A DNA stretch of 64,000 bases from Crassostrea angulata (taxonomy: Eukaryota). The stretch covers positions 25,663,757-25,727,756 of the forward strand of contig NC_069115.1 in the NCBI RefSeq assembly GCF_025612915.1, written 5' to 3'. The translations under genes were made by a program, and so were the position numbers. Shown piece by piece: positions 27,414 to 41,700 of the stretch. The notes beneath the pieces are model-generated. The model did no database searches. It saw only the letters and a list, made by a program, of their open reading frames with translations, and had not been told where the DNA came from. Position 1 is the stretch's first letter; each line of letters starts with the position of its first letter.

Positions 27414-28900
27414 ATGAGATACTGTGGAATGATTAGACTTCGTGGTGGCTCAATTTTCGTGGAATTCGTTGGTACCTCTCATGCACGAAATAACATCCTC
27501 CACGAATTGATAAATTGGGGTAATAAAGTCATAATTATACCCCCGCAAACGAAGTTTAGGGGGGTATATTGGTTTCACCCTGTCCGTCTGTCTGTCCGTC
27601 CGTCTGTCCGTCTGTCTGTAGACGCAACTTTGTCCCCCCTATAGAATTTTTTATTACTGCATGGAACAGTTTGAAAATTTGTACATATGTTGAACACCAT
27701 CTGAAGATGTGCACCTGCAATTTTTTTTAAGATCAGACAAGATTTAATGATTTTATGACAGTTTTCATTTTCCTTATTCTATATATTGTACACTAATGTT
27801 GAAAAGTAAGGGAGGTAATCCTTACAGATTTTATTAATTAATTAATAGAAAACACTCTAAAATATATTTATATAAATACATCCAGATGGAGTTTTTTGTC
27901 TTTATGTCTTAATTAATAAAAAAAAAATTATTTTTTATAAGTATTCTATCAACTGACAATGCAAAGTTTTTGTTTGTCAATGATAAATTCTTATGAGCTA
28001 ATGAGAACATCAAAGACAAGTGTGGCTGAATTCATTTGTCCCAAGGGAGCCATTATCTGAGCCATGGTTCAGATGGAGCATGTGTCTAGGGGAAATTGAT
28101 AATCTGTAAAATGGGTGATGGTTTTGGGGCTATTTTAAAACTGTTTCATGTAAACCAAAAGGTCTATCATTATAAGGAAATAAATAATATAATTATTAAT
28201 AAAGAAGTTAAACTATTTTTAAAGGTTGTTTAGATTCATTTGTCAAGTAATTCGTGAAGTGACCCTATTGGGCATTAATTTAAATGAAATTCAAAATTAC
28301 TGATATGATTGTAGTGTTTTGGCAATTTTAGAATTGTTTGTAATATTAAATTTTCTTTTTTACATATTTTTACATAGTATGGTAATTATGGTAATATTTG
28401 GGAGTTTATTAAATTTAACAAGCTCATCAAAGAAAATCATAGTCCTATGGGATCAATTTTCTGATATGGAGTTCAATTGTGCCATAGGAAAAAGTGAGGA
28501 AAATTTGAAACAACTAATTGCATTTGTCAAGACTCTTATTAGAAAGATATTGAAAGTTTTATCAACAGAAGAGCATTGCTTGGCTACCGGTATTTCTATT
28601 CACTGCAAAGGGAGGGGTTATTGTCATTTTGTTGGTTTTTCTTTAAATCAATTAAATTAAAAAAAATATATCATCAAATACATACATTTGTAAATGTATT
28701 ACTGTTATAGATATGTATTTACAGTGAAATTCTGACAATTTTGATTTTGATTTTTCTTTGTTAACTATTTTTTTTTTTTTTACATTTCTAGAATTTTTTT
28801 TTTGTATGTGTTCCAAACCTTTATTATTCAATTCAATTATTTGTCCCATTTGAAATTAGCCTAGCGGGGGTATTAGTCCCATTAGGACAGTTCTAGTTCC
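27414..28900. repeat. Composite interspersed repeat, reference copy (other copies 33363-34430 + 38886-39061 + 39866-40010, and 62440-62900)
   Basis: Shared blocks include TATACCCCCGCAAACGAAGTTTAGGGGGGTATA hairpin, a (GTCC/GTCT)n tract, and a conserved ORF frame (..SSSKKIIVLWDQFSDMEF.C.IG...KTLIRK..KVLSTEEHCLATGISI.CKG..; track ORFs 28319..28660 and 62626..62841). Confidence 0.7.
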
Positions 28901-31728
28901 TTTTGTAGATATATAAGAATACACGAAATTACATCCCCCACAAACCTGTAAAATTAAAGCTATCCACGAAAATTGGACCCCACGAAATTTAATGATTCAA
29001 CAGTAACTGATTATAACACCTGTTTTGTGGGGTTAATATATATCTATTTATGTTCTCAATTCATTACAAAGTTATTAAATCGTCAGGTAGTCTTGCACTT
29101 AACAGCTTAACATGTACTGCAATTTACTGAATATGATATTTATGCACCTTTCTTCTAGACTATTTCTTTGTGAGAGAGGGGTGTGTATAATACCCCCCAA
29201 TGGATTTTTGACACTTTTTTAAACAGTTAAAACATTGGCTATCGTAGTTCAGTTCATATTGACAAGTTATACAGAAACGCTACCTCTGTTTGTTTTATAC
29301 CGCATTTAAACAATTGAAAATTATTGTTTCGGCAAATTTAGCAAAAAATGTTTTGCTCTTAATCCGTTGATAGATAAATTGAATTTAAACAGCCATTTAA
29401 AATTAATATTAACTGTTTATTCAACAATCCAATCTGTGAATTTACCATTTCAGTCTACACTGCCATTACAGATGTTATTTATAAATCTTTGCAATAGAGC
29501 CAAAATGAATATACTCAGTGAACCTGGAATAAGAGGCCACCTGTCTTAAGTGGCCAGTTTGTCATTGTCCCACAAGTGGCCTCTTAATACAGGTGTGACT
29601 GTATTTTATTACACCTTTATCATGTTTATTCCAAACTGTACAGTTGTTTTACCGGTAACAGGAGAAAATAATGTCCTGATGGCATGTATTTTGTAAAATA
29701 CAATCGTTTTTGTTCACTCAATGTTTTCTGAAAGAAACAAACACTGATTGAAATCCCCCCCCCCCCCCCCCAGTTTTCAGCTATAATTGCAAAATGGCGG
29801 AAAAGGTTAACTTAAAGTTAAGATGTTATATCTTAAAATTCAGTGCATTTGGATTAAAAGGAAATTACAGAAACACTTCACATGAAAATCTGTACAAAGA
29901 AAACAAAGAATTATGCTAAAATGATTATGTTCTTTTTTGGGGGAGCCTTTTAGCATGCTTAGGCCTTTATCATCTTTTTAACTCACCTGAGCTGAAAGCT
30001 CAAGTGAGCTATTCTGATCATATTTTGTGCGTCGTCCATCTGTCCGTCCGTCTGTCCATCCGTTTGTCCGTCTGTAAACTTTTTACATTTTGAACTTCTC
30101 TAAAATTACTTGGACAATTTCAACCAAATTTGGCACAAAGCATTCTTATGAGAAGGCGAATATAAATTGCAGAAATGAAAGACCAATCTTTGCCTCGCTT
30201 TGGTAGCCAATTTGGAAGCCATTCTAGCTATAAAATCTCGCTAGTTCTTTAGATATTGCGTGACTTGAGTCAGGAACATTCAGACGTTTTTCACATAGCG
30301 ATAACAATATGGGTTTCAAGCATGCAATTTACAATGAGTGGTGAACACTTCTCATTGATTACATTAGTTACAAAAATGTCATCGACATCACCGCCTCGAA
30401 AAAGGAAAAGATATTATTCAAAGTTTAACGCTGACTGTCTGAAAGTATTTGACTTTCTTCATAGATCAAAAAAAGGGGATTACTATGCGTTTTATACATT
30501 TTGTCATACACATTCTCTAATAATTACAGTGTATTGATTTCCACGTTTATGATCTTTTGTTGTTTTTTTTGTTTGTTCTATTATCATGCCAGCGTTGACT
30601 CCCTCTAGATGGGACACCACTGACCAGTCAGGTTAATTCCCAGCATGCTCTGCACATCTTATTCAGCTTTGAATTTGGCCAAGAGATTCAAGATTCTGGA
30701 TGATGAGGATCTGGATACCTTTGGTGATGAGTGTCATGATTTGTCTGTTTCCCCTGATGATGACATGAAATTCATGTGTGTCAGAATTAATCAGAAAATT
30801 AAAGTGCCTAAATGTTCCCAATATTTAAATTTGATGTGCACATGCAAGCACACGCAAGTTACATCAGTTGTACCATTATTTCATGTTAATCAGTGGAACA
30901 AAGGCATGTACCTCATACTAGGACAGATCAAAAATATAAAACAGCAGAAAAATTAAGATATGTACTGGTATACAAACCCGAGTCGACATTTTACGGTTTT
31001 GTGGACTTATTTAAAAAAACCCTGAACATTTCACATTTAATCCCGGTAAAACATATGAAATACAAATAAGAAATGGGCATTTATTGAACGGAAAGTAATA
31101 ATTCTGTGATTAATTACAGTTTTTAAGAAAAACCGGGTGATTAAAACCAGATCCGATCACCCGGGACAAACTTGATAATTCCGTAACAGTTTTTTTCTTA
31201 AATATTAAGTAAAAAGAGGAAATAGGGATTGAATATATATAACGCTTGTTGCAAAATTCATGGCAGCTACTGTTGAATTTTTTTCTACTAGACAGACATA
31301 CTTTTGTTTACATATAGTCGCTTACAAAATTTGGTCGCTCTCTGACGCTTTGCCGACATTAAAAGCATGAAAGAGAGAGAGAGAGAGAGAGATTGATTTC
31401 AGTTTTTACTACACAATATGCATAAAGACACACCAAAAGAGCCCGGCTTTTAGTACTTCAGTACTTTGATTAGATCTTGGAATATGTGAGAAGTTTTTTA
31501 GTTTTATCCTCCCCCCCCCCCCCCCCAAAAAAAAGAAACAAGGAGTTTCATATTTTAAAGTTTCGTAAGATACAATATTATTAACTGTTGTTCTGGTGTG
31601 CAATGTCGCCCATGGGCCTCTTATTTATGTATTATGTTTCTCCCATATGTTAACAAGCACAAGTGAATGTTATATTGCTTTATAATTTTTTTGAATTGTA
31701 ATGTTTTGTAATCTTTTGATTTATATAG

Positions 31729-31862
31729 AACACTAACATTACAAGACTTGAGGTAGGACCACAGACAATACCACTGAAGGGAAATGAGAGACTTGTCACC
31801 CAGCCCCTGCCAATGGTGGTAGTCAAACCTGGTCACTACTGTATCATCCAGAATCCATGCAG
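31729..31862 (+). CDS. MVP: Major vault protein (MVP) exon encoding NTNITRLEVGPQTIPLKGNERLVTQPLPMVVVKPGHYCIIQNPC
   Basis: Acceptor tttatatag|AAC and donor CATGCAG|gtcagt. Translation aligns about 50% with the human MVP N-terminal vault repeat ([44 protein letters not shown]). Ends in phase 2. Confidence 0.85.
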
Positions 31863-32030
31863 GTCAGTCTTCATCAATCTCCATTTGAGTCACATCAATG
31901 TACTGTAGAAGCACATATTTTCGATGGGTCAAAATTTCATTGTTTTTTAACCAAATAAAATTTCGTTGGCATTTAATTTTTTAGCTCACCTAAGCTGAAA
32001 GCTCAAGTGAGCTATTCTGATCACATTTTG

Positions 32031-32063
<33 letters not shown>

Positions 32064-32110
32064 CGTCTGTAAACTTTTCACATTTTGAACTTCTTTTCTA
32101 AAACCACTTC

Positions 32111-32145
<35 letters not shown>

Positions 32146-34639
32146 ATAGAAAGGTGATTATAAATTGCAGAAATGAAAGACCGACCTTTATTAATCGGAG
32201 AAATCCTCGAAAAGGTAGAAAAAAGGGGGTGCATTTTAAAGAACTACTAATTCAAATCCAACGTAATTTTGCATATTAAATAATCCTTATGGATAGGAAA
32301 ATATAAATTGCAAAAATTATCGGTGAATTCTGTTTCAAATTTGAGTTATTTACGAAAATTAAAATAGAGATAATCGCAGTCAATCAGTTCATAACTTTGG
32401 GTTTGGTATTCCATATCGAAAACGAAAGTTCTTTGTATAAAGTGTGTATAAAGTAGCCATGTTTCAATGTTGACGCATGACAAACGGGTTAAACTGAAAA
32501 AGATGAATTTGCTTGTTGTGCAACAGTTTACGTGCGAAGGGATACTTGAAACATGCCAAACATACTTGTGCCAATTTCGTGAAGTGAATTGAGGTTAAAT
32601 CTTTCAATGCATTGACATTTTCACTCGTGACCATGGTTTTACGTTGTTTTTAATTTCGTTTATGCTTTTGAATTGTTTACAATTTTCCCTACAAACCATA
32701 TATATTCAGCTGTGTCAAGTTTCGAATTATAAGCAAGATACAGAGCTTTGCTCACAGAACTGAGGCCATGCTTTTGTTTATTCTGAATAGGAAATACCAA
32801 GTTTAAAAATCTTAATTTTAAGTTGAATGTTATTAACTCTTGTGAACAAAAATTTTGTATCTGTATCTTGCTTATAATTCTACGATTGATGCTGAAATTG
32901 TGATTTATCACTAGAAATGTCTCACTAAACATTAAATACTTATACAGAAAAATTAAAAGAATGATATGCCGTAACAACGTTTTGGGGCCCCTCCTTATAC
33001 GATGAATCTACACCAACTTTGTTGGTTTTTCAGACACAATTAAATAAAAACGACCTCTTTAAAACAGTTTTAAAAATTACTGTTACGGAGATAAATGTTT
33101 TATCGCTATTCTTAAGGTAGTCCTATACTCGGCACTAAATGGGCTCAAACTTTGTAAACTTGGTTTTAAATTATAGTCATACATCCTAGAAACTGATAAA
33201 TGAAAAAAAAGAAGATAGGTCCACATGCTTATTTTTTGTTATTGGATGTAATCCATTGCACCCATGTTTTGACATTCTTGAAAAAATATATATTCTCAAT
33301 TTCCTCTTGTGAATTATTATTTATTCCATAACAAATGAAGTCTAATATGCAGAATGGAACATATACATTTCATTATACCCCCGCAAACGAAGTTTAGGGG
33401 GGTATATTGGTTTCACCCTGTCCGTCTGTCCGTCTGTCTGTCTGTCCGTCTATCTGTAGACGCAACTTTGTCCCCCCTATAGAATTTTTTATTACTGCAT
33501 GGAACAGTTTGAAAATTTGTACATATGTTGAACACCATCTGAAGATGTGCACCTGCAATTTTTTTAAGATCAGACATGATTTATTGATTTTATGACAGTT
33601 TTCATTTTCCTTATTCTATATATTGTACACTGATGTTGAAAAGTAAGGGAGGTAATCCTTACAGATTTTATTAATTAATTAATAGTATTAAAACACTCTA
33701 TAATATTTTTATTTAAATACATCCAGATGGAGATTTTTTGTCTTTATGTATTAATTAATAAATTTTTTTATTTTTTATAAGTATTCTTTCAACTGACAAT
33801 GCAAAGTTTTTGTTTGTCAATGATAAATTCTTATGAGCTAATAAGAACATCAACGACAAGTGTGGCTGAATTCATTTGTCCCAAGGGAGTCATTATCTGA
33901 GCCATGGTTCAAATGGCCCATGTGTTTAGGGAAAATTGATAATCTGTATAATGGGTGATGGTTTTGGGGCTATTTTAAAACTGTTTCATGTAAACCAAAA
34001 GTTTCTATCATTATAAGGAAATAAATAATATCATTATTAATAAAGAAGTTAAACTATTTTTAGAAGTTGTTTAAATTTATTAGTCAACTAAATTGATGAA
34101 GTGACCCTATTGGGCATTAATTGAAATGAAATTCAAAATCACTGATATGATTGTAGTGTTTTGGCAATTTTAAAATTGTTTGTAATATTAAATTTTCTTT
34201 TTTTCATAATTTTACATAGTATGGTAATTATGGTAATGTTTTGGGAGTTTATTAAATTTAACAAGCTCATCAAAGAAAATCATAGTCCTATGGGATCAAT
34301 TTTCTGATATGGAGTTCCATTGTGCCATAGGAGAAAGTGAGGAAATTTGAAACAACTAATTGCATCTGTCAAGACTCCTATTAGAAAGATATTGAAAGTT
34401 TTATCAACAGAAGAGCATTGCTTGGCTACTACCCATACAAAAAAAAAGCACTAAAAAGTTATACCTATGAGCCCTTAAAAAAGTTACAAAAAAGTCATAA
34501 CTAAGTTAGCACAATTTGGAACCATCTGATCAATTATGGTTCCAAATTAGCATCAAAAAGTTATACCTATATTGTAACTTTTTGCTTAAGTACAAAAAAG
34601 TCATAACTAGAGTGTAACTATTGACAATTTATTTTTTTC

Positions 34640-35235
34640 ATAAAAATAAATAGGTATAAAAAAGTTATCAAAAAGTTATAATAAAGTTATCATTTAGGTA
34701 CAAAAAAGTTACAAATTAAAGTTACAGAAAAGTTATCATTTAGGTACAAAAAAGTTATACATATAGGTATAGAAAAGTTATCATTTAGGTACAGAAAAGT
34801 TATAGATGTAGGTACAGAAAAGTTATACATATAGTTACAGAAAAGTTATCATTTAGGTACAGAAAAGTTATACGTATAGTTACAGAAAAGTTATCATTTA
34901 GGTACAGAAAAGTTATAGACGTAGGTACAGAAAAGTTATACATATAGTTACAGAAAAGTTATACATATAGTTACAGAAAAGTTATCATTTAGGTACAGAA
35001 AAGTTATACATATAGTTACAGAAAAGTTATCATTTAGGTACAGAAAAGTTATAGATGTAGGTACAGAAAAGTTATCATTTAGGTACAGAAAAGTTATAGA
35101 TGTAGGTACAGAAAAGTTATACATAAAGTTACAGAAAAGTTATTGTTTAGGTACAGAAAAGTTATAGATGTAGGTACAAAAAAGTTATCATTTAGGTACA
35201 GAAAAGTTACACAGAAAAATTACAGATGTAGGCAA
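34640..35235. repeat. Tandem array, 21-22-bp unit AGGTACAGAAAAGTTATCATTT / ..TTATAGATGT, with 43-bp and 64-bp higher-order periodicity; a degenerate lead-in starts at 34431
   Basis: Direct reading of the sequence. Internal to the 4.46-kb TIR element. Confidence 0.8.
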
Positions 35236-38200
35236 AAAATATCTATCTGTATCATAAACTTCAGATAAAAAAAAACCCCAGGTACATGTACAGGTGTTAT
35301 ACTGATGAAAAAAAAGTCCCTAATGTTGACATGAACTTTTCATCAAATTGTTTTTGCTCTTGAATAGGAATTTAAAATCATATCTGTTCATGTGAGCAGA
35401 AGAACACAAGTCAATGTTTATGTTAATCAATATGTTTACTGAATTATATTTACATCTAATGAGTATGCTTTCCTCCATTTCTTATGGAAACTTATAGTTA
35501 ACGCCTTGTTTCACGATCGGTCGAAACCTATAATGACCTTAGAAACATCATTGAAATAATCAGGATATCAATGCACTCACATTCCCATTGAAGACAATTT
35601 GGCTGTTTCTTTTAGCTAACGTACTGATGCACATTAAAAATAATATAGTAAATTTAACTTACTCTTTACAAACAATTTATTAATTTGTTAAAAGAAAGAT
35701 GTAAATATAAACAATATAACTTTCTTTGACGATTCATGCAGGTAATGAAGGGAGCAATGATTGCAGAAAAAATTTACATAACTCGCTAATGCGGGTAATG
35801 TATTTTTTCTGCAATGTCGCTACATTCATATCCCGCATATGTCACCAAAAAAGCATTTTATTGTTTACATAATTATCTCAAATCATTACAGACCCTATAT
35901 GCAAGTTTTTTAAATAAAGCAATAATCTAACATAAAAGCATTTGGGATTACATGTGTGTCTAATGTTCTTGCTAAATTTGAATAGAAAGTTTGAAAAACA
36001 TTATTTTGTAAACCAAAATTTGACCAAAACCTTCATAATTAAAGCATGTTTTAGGTTAAATTCCTAACATATACTAGCATGATTTTGTTCCAAACATACT
36101 AGTATGATTTTTAAAACAGTCCTGGTTCTAGATGATACCAATGACCTGCAGTAATTTATCAGCAAACAACTGGATCTGTTTCTTGAATCTGTTGAACTTC
36201 CTAAAATGTATAAAAAAGAATGTTTCATTATGGCAATTTCTTACTACATGTACTTTCATTGTAACTGTTAAAATCCTTGACAACTACCTTATACTTAAAA
36301 CAGAAAATTATATAGCATACCAAGTTGAATATATATGTGACCAGCACCTGGCAGGTGAAAACTGGTTTCTGTTTACATGGCTGCATGTATTTCTATGGGA
36401 ACGGTTGCTCTTGTATATGATCTCTTTCATAGTATTATCCTCGTCCTCCATTAATCTAAAAGAAGGCAATAATATTTAAAACATGATACTGTTTGACAAT
36501 TTTCAATATATGTAGCATAAATTATTATTAAATATCAGTAAAACTTTTCAATTCTCTGTTGACCTAGTATCCCCCCCCCCCTCTAAAAAAAAGTCAACAT
36601 TGATACAGCATGCAGTTGCCATTATATTCTCAGATTTACAATAATTCATTTACTAAAAGATATACATAATATATGGTTAAAAATTTAAAATCTGTATCTG
36701 TATATCTTTACTTGATAAACACACACACTTACTTTTTTCATCTTGTATTAATGATGTATCTTCAATCTGGTGTACAGTCTGCTAGCTGGACTTGGTTGGG
36801 ATTTTTTCTGCAATACAATGATACTCTTTTTAAAAGAGTCGGCCATAATTTGATTACATATAGAATGTACATCACTAGATATACATGGCTGCATAGACTT
36901 TGATATAGATGATAAAATCATGCACTTCTTATTAGAATTCTTGAAATATTCCAAATGTATTTCATTTCTAAGTGCAAAGAAATAATATAGAAATTGAGAT
37001 AAGCAAACACAAATGAATTATTTAAAATGACTTGTTTGTACATCAGACTTACCCTGAATGGAAATGGTCATCCACAACTAAAGCCATATCATCCAGGTCT
37101 TAAGCATGTCTATTTTTATGAAACCACTGCTTGCAGTTTCATTACTACATACAACACGCTGTGGTTCTGCATATTTCTTGAAAAAATCAGGAAAATCTTC
37201 ACAACAACTCCTGTCTTCTTTGCCCATTTCAAAATTTGATGGCGGAATGGCAATTGTCCAATCAGAATTCACGAAAGTCAAAGTTTGAAATTTTGGCCAA
37301 TCACGATACAGCCACGATTAATACCGGGATAAATCTTTAAAATTTATTTTGGTTAAAAAACAATATTATTTACTTAATATTATCTTAAGAAGTCTGCATT
37401 TAATTGAAACAAATTTTAGTAATATTTTCTTTCCTTACAACCTGTTAGTTTATTAACCGATCATCAAAACTGGGCATTTCCGGTCTCAAGAGCCGCCATT
37501 TTGAATAATTTGAGGGAATTTTAAAAACTAAATCAATTTAAATACCAATGCATTTTTACAATTGATGAATATGTAAAACCAAAAATTATAACATTTTATT
37601 TAAATAAAACATGTTTCCCAAAGTTTATAACACAGTCCTTATAGCTATGTGCTGTTATAAATTACGATGAGAGATAGGCTTGTACTGGGAAAACATACAG
37701 ATGGAAATAGCAGTACTGTTCTTTGTTAACAGCATGTCTATTAATGAAATATGTGAATAAATATGATGAACCCATCTCATAATAACAAACAATGCTACCA
37801 CCCCTCCACAGCCCCCCCCCCCCCTCTTTCTTCGCATGCATTCGATGTCGTGGGAAAATTCTGAATCAATTTCTAGAAATCTACTCTATTCCTTTCTTCA
37901 TGGGGTAGGCCATGAAAAGTTGGAAAAATTTTCAGTGATAATATAAAGTTGATGCTACCCCTTAGTATTTAACAGTGTTTAAACGAAATCGTAATAATTA
38001 TGTCTAATGATGTTCAAGAGACCGATAACAAAATAATGCTTGCAGGAGCAAAATAAAAAATGTCTGCTGGTCAAAACACACACATCAACTTTTTATCTTA
38101 AACAAACATCAGTGTCATCACAGCACGGACTAAGCATGACCTCTTTAGACACCCTTCACTGTTAACCTGGGATGTGTGTGCGTTCAGGCGGAAAGTGATT

Positions 38201-38504
38201 TCCTGTTTCTGCCTTATAAAAACAATAAAATTTTGGACAGGTGTTTGTGTTGCAATTGATGGACTGGATTCCCGTTATAATGGTTTTGTCATTGTTTTCA
38301 AACAAATCTTAGTGATTTTACTACCCAGTGTGTGATCAACCTACATCTACCCCCCCCCCCCCACTTATCGTGATTTTATAAAAAAAACGATATTTTATAT
38401 TAGTTTTTAGATTTATTGTGATAAAAGTCTACTTTAGACTTGAACCTCTTGGATAAGATACTCTTAAATTTTTAGTGTAAAAATGACAAAGTCCAAACAC
38501 ATTC

Positions 38505-38760
38505 ACAAATTGACTAAGTTCAATGTAGGTACATTTTAGTTATACTGAACATTTTCTAAGTTCAATGTAGGTACATTTCAGTTATACTGAACATTTTCTA
38601 AGTTCAATGTAGGTACATTTCAGTTATACTGAAAAGTTTCGAAGTTCAATGTAGGTACATTTTAGTTATACTGAAAAGTTTCTAAGTTCAATGTAGGTAC
38701 ATTTTAGTTATACTAAGAAGTTTCTAAGTTCCATGTAGGTACATTTTAGTTATAGGGCAA
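38505..38760. repeat. Tandem array, 46-bp unit TAAGTTCAATGTAGGTACATTTTAGTTATACTGAACATTTTC x about 5.5
   Basis: Direct reading. Related GTTACAGAAAAGTTAT motif follows at 38780-38870. Internal to the 4.46-kb TIR element. Confidence 0.8.
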
Positions 38761-39061
38761 AAAGTTTAAGTCCAATCTAGGTACAAGAAAGTTATAACTT
38801 TTATGTGCCTAAATCTTAGGTACATAAAAGTTACACTTTAGTTACAGAAAAGTTATGACTAAGTGTAACTTTTTTTTGTATGGGTTAAGTATTTCCATTT
38901 ACTGCAAAGGGAGGGGTTATTGTCATTTTGTTGGTTTTTCTTTAAATCAATTAAATTAAAAAAAATATCATCAGATACATACATTTGTTAATGTATTACT
39001 GTTATAGATATGTATTTACAGTGAAATTCTGACAATTTTCATTTTAATTTTTCTTTCTTAA

Positions 39062-39865
39062 AGCTATACACGCTATAATTTACGTCAATTTTGAATGACA
39101 GTGAAAACGCATGTGTTTGTCTACTTATAAAAGTTATCCTTAATCTGTAAATTACAAGGGTGAATTCCATCTCGTTACAAAGATATAGATTTTTAATTGT
39201 TTATTTTCCTGCCATGAAAATATACCTTTTCATGAATATTGATGAAGGAAGAGAAAACCGACCTCATTGCGCATGTCCGTGGAGAACTAGGTGGTCGTTA
39301 TTGTTTGCCTAATTAAATATCCAACTTGAATTTTAATATGCTTAACAATTGTTAATTTGAAATACATACAAGTATAATGAGTAAAATACGTTTGTCATTC
39401 ACGATACCCTTACTTCTGTGTTAACACTTATAGGATCTATAAATAGCACATAGGGGAAAAACACAGGTCTACGTCATTTTTTTAAAGGAGGTAATCAAAT
39501 CTACTCACAGGCTTGTATTTTTTTCTTTTGTTTGTACTCGTATATCGGACAAATTTATGCTTTACTGAAAATATCCTTTCCTTTGCGAAACTATCACTAT
39601 TATGAAGATGTTGACCCTTCACCAGTTTTGGTATGATAGGCTAAATTTAGCTGTCGATATCACGTGATATAGATTGATATTCACGAGGAGGCATTACTTT
39701 CCTGGCAGGAAAATAAATATTTTTTATTGTTTAATATTTGATATATTTGTTATGTGATCGAATTTAGCATTATAATTAACAGAATAAAGGTAACTTTTAT
39801 TTGTAATCAAACACATACATTTTCCCCTTTAATCAAAATTGACGCAAATTATAGCGTGTATAGCT
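39062..39865. mobile_element. piggyBac-type MITE (804 bp) with 33-bp TIRs and TTAA target-site duplication
   Basis: TIR AGCTATACACGCTATAATTT(A/G)CGTCAATTTTGA at both ends. TTAA at 39058-61 and 39866-69. The paralogous copy at 28750-28760 has a single uninterrupted TTAA (ctttgTTAActattt). Confidence 0.65.
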
Positions 39866-41124
39866 TTAACAAATTATTTTTTTTTTTACAATTCTAGAAT
39901 TAACTTTTTTTGTATGTGTTCCAAACCTTTATTATTCAATTCAATTATTTGTCCCATTTGAAATTAGCCTTGCGGGGGTATTAGTCCCATTAGGACAGTT
40001 CTAGTTTAATCATATATAATCATTTTTTGGAAAAATGTTATTAAATATTCTTCTAATGTGTCATATATGAGGCAAAATTTGTCAAAATAAATTGCAAAAT
40101 TTTACATTGCAGAGATAAATTCGGGTTATATTTCAAGTTTTATGGACTCAAAGTGAAATTAATTGATTTTATTTCACAGATTAGCATCTAAGAAAAGAAA
40201 TTTTCTTTAAAAAAATATATGTTGACGGTTTACTTTTACAAGTATACCCCCCAAATTTTTTTTCTCAAAAAATCATGAAATATCACTTCTTTCAATGTAC
40301 ATGAAATCTGAGTTTATTTAAAATATTTACAAGTTTTTCACAATTAATTTAAGTTTAAAAATAGATAAAATGAAATAAAACTTAGTAATTTCTCAATTAA
40401 CAATATTTTAATAACTTTTCAGGGTATGTTATGTTAGCGATTGTGCAACACATATAATACAATATAAATTACATGTTGTACATAATAAAATACAATGTGC
40501 CTTAATAATTCATCATGCAAATGGAACATGGTAAATACCTCAAGAAAATTAAATGAATATTTTCTCATTACCATATGCATTTTATACCAACAGGTCAAAC
40601 CAAATTAGTGCATGTTTAGTAACAAAAATTTAGTACATGATCTTAATTCAATACCACTTACAAAGAACTGCCTTCATACAAGCTGCAGAAAAGCTTTTGA
40701 TTCAATCATAATATCTAGAAGCGATAAATAATTGCACAGTTCACTGTAAAAATTTTACATTCTTGTATTTGATTGACACCTTGACAAAAACGTGTAAAAC
40801 AAAATTTCTAATGAGCTTCAGTGTACAAAAAGCCTAAAAGCATTTCAGATGTTTAAAAGATATTGCACAACTTTCTCAATAACTGCTTTTGATTTTGACA
40901 CCTTGCATCTTCTGGAATTAGCAATTGGGTCACTGAAAACATTTCTTATGCCATTGTTGGGGTCATGCTTGTGAATAATTTTAAGCTTGGCTAAATTCAA
41001 GGAAAGTCCCACTAGCTTACTCATAGTTGCTGCAGAAATAACCTTCATCTTAACAAGAGGCTCTAACAATGACTTGCAGCTGTAATAAGACGGTCTAACA
41101 AGATTTTCACCATTACAGTTAACT

Positions 41125-41606
41125 TTAAGTTTTTCGTCTTTGGAGAACTTCTACGTCTGAAACTGCATTGTGCGCATTGTATGTTTCTCCCAGAAGTTTC
41201 TGGACAAGGTTTTCTTGCCTGTAATTACCCATTTCTGCTTTTGGATAAATCCTTTTGGACAACTTGAGAGTATCAACAAATCCAAAAACAATTTCTTGAA
41301 ATCTCTCAAGTAGGTTGTGCTTGGAAAGATTATGCATAAGCACAGGGATATCAAAACTTATGATATTATGTCCAATCAAAACTGCTTTTGGAAAACTCGA
41401 AACAAATGCAATAAACTGTTCAAGTCCTTCGAAAATTGTTAACGAATCAACAGCTTCTCCCTTCAGCTTTAGAACTCCTCCATAATATGTTAATCCTGTG
41501 GCAGCTGAGGCACCAATACTGATAGTACAGGTTGGTCTTGTATAGACGCTAAGCTCTCTCTCCCCACACACACAAGCGATTTGGAGGATGTCTGATGTGC
41601 AATAAC
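41125..41606 (-). CDS. Exonuclease-like gene, 3' exon with DEDDh (DnaQ-like) 3'-5' exonuclease motifs Exo II and Exo III
   Basis: Track ORF 41125..41631 contains LIGHNIISFDIPVLMHNL (Exo II, HN..FD) and YNAHNAVSDVEVL (Exo III, H-x-A-x-x-D). The 5' boundary and the phase of the exon2-exon3 junction are not resolved; the obvious AG at 41607/8 gives the wrong phase. Confidence 0.55.
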
Positions 41607-41700
41607 CTGCAATATAATGTAAAAAGTACACTTATCCTTCCAAATAATTTGTAATCAAATATCAATTACGCATACATAACAAAGGTTACTACAAACTAAC

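Larger units (their letters stand above)
34431..38885. mobile_element. 4.46-kb TIR element (ACCCATACAAAAAAA.../...TTTTTTTGTATGGGT) carrying internal 21-bp and 46-bp tandem arrays; insertion present in only one of three paralogous repeat copies
   Basis: Paralogous copies at 28585-28600 and 62770-62785 read GCTTGGCTAC(C/T)GGTATTTC uninterrupted. The copy at 34420 has the 4.46-kb insertion bounded by inverted ACCCATAC...GTATGGGT termini. TSD ambiguous. Confidence 0.55.

Noticed and set aside
30256-30537. ORF with ..RKRKRYYSKFNADCLKVFDFLHRSKKGDYYAFYTFCHTHS, reminiscent of the N-terminal KRKY...WL..F.WL...C..C region of hAT-derived (ZBED/ZMYM-like) proteins
   Set aside because: Similarity is short and approximate, and the ORF terminates immediately. 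At most a decayed TE remnant in the MVP intron.
31251-31340. ATGGCAGCTACTGTTGAATTTTTTTCTAC.. considered as MVP exon 1 (MAATVEFF..)
   Set aside because: Does not encode the conserved IIRIPPYHYIHVLDQ segment, and the frame closes after about 36 codons without a donor. The true 5' exon is probably elsewhere or outside the window.
32085-32279. Repeated ORFs MNFFSKT..PISTKFGTKHPY.. (32085..32279 and 55110..55313)
   Set aside because: Both lie in the same position of the GCTCACCTGAGC-headed repeat family. The conserved reading frame reflects repeat identity, not demonstrated coding.
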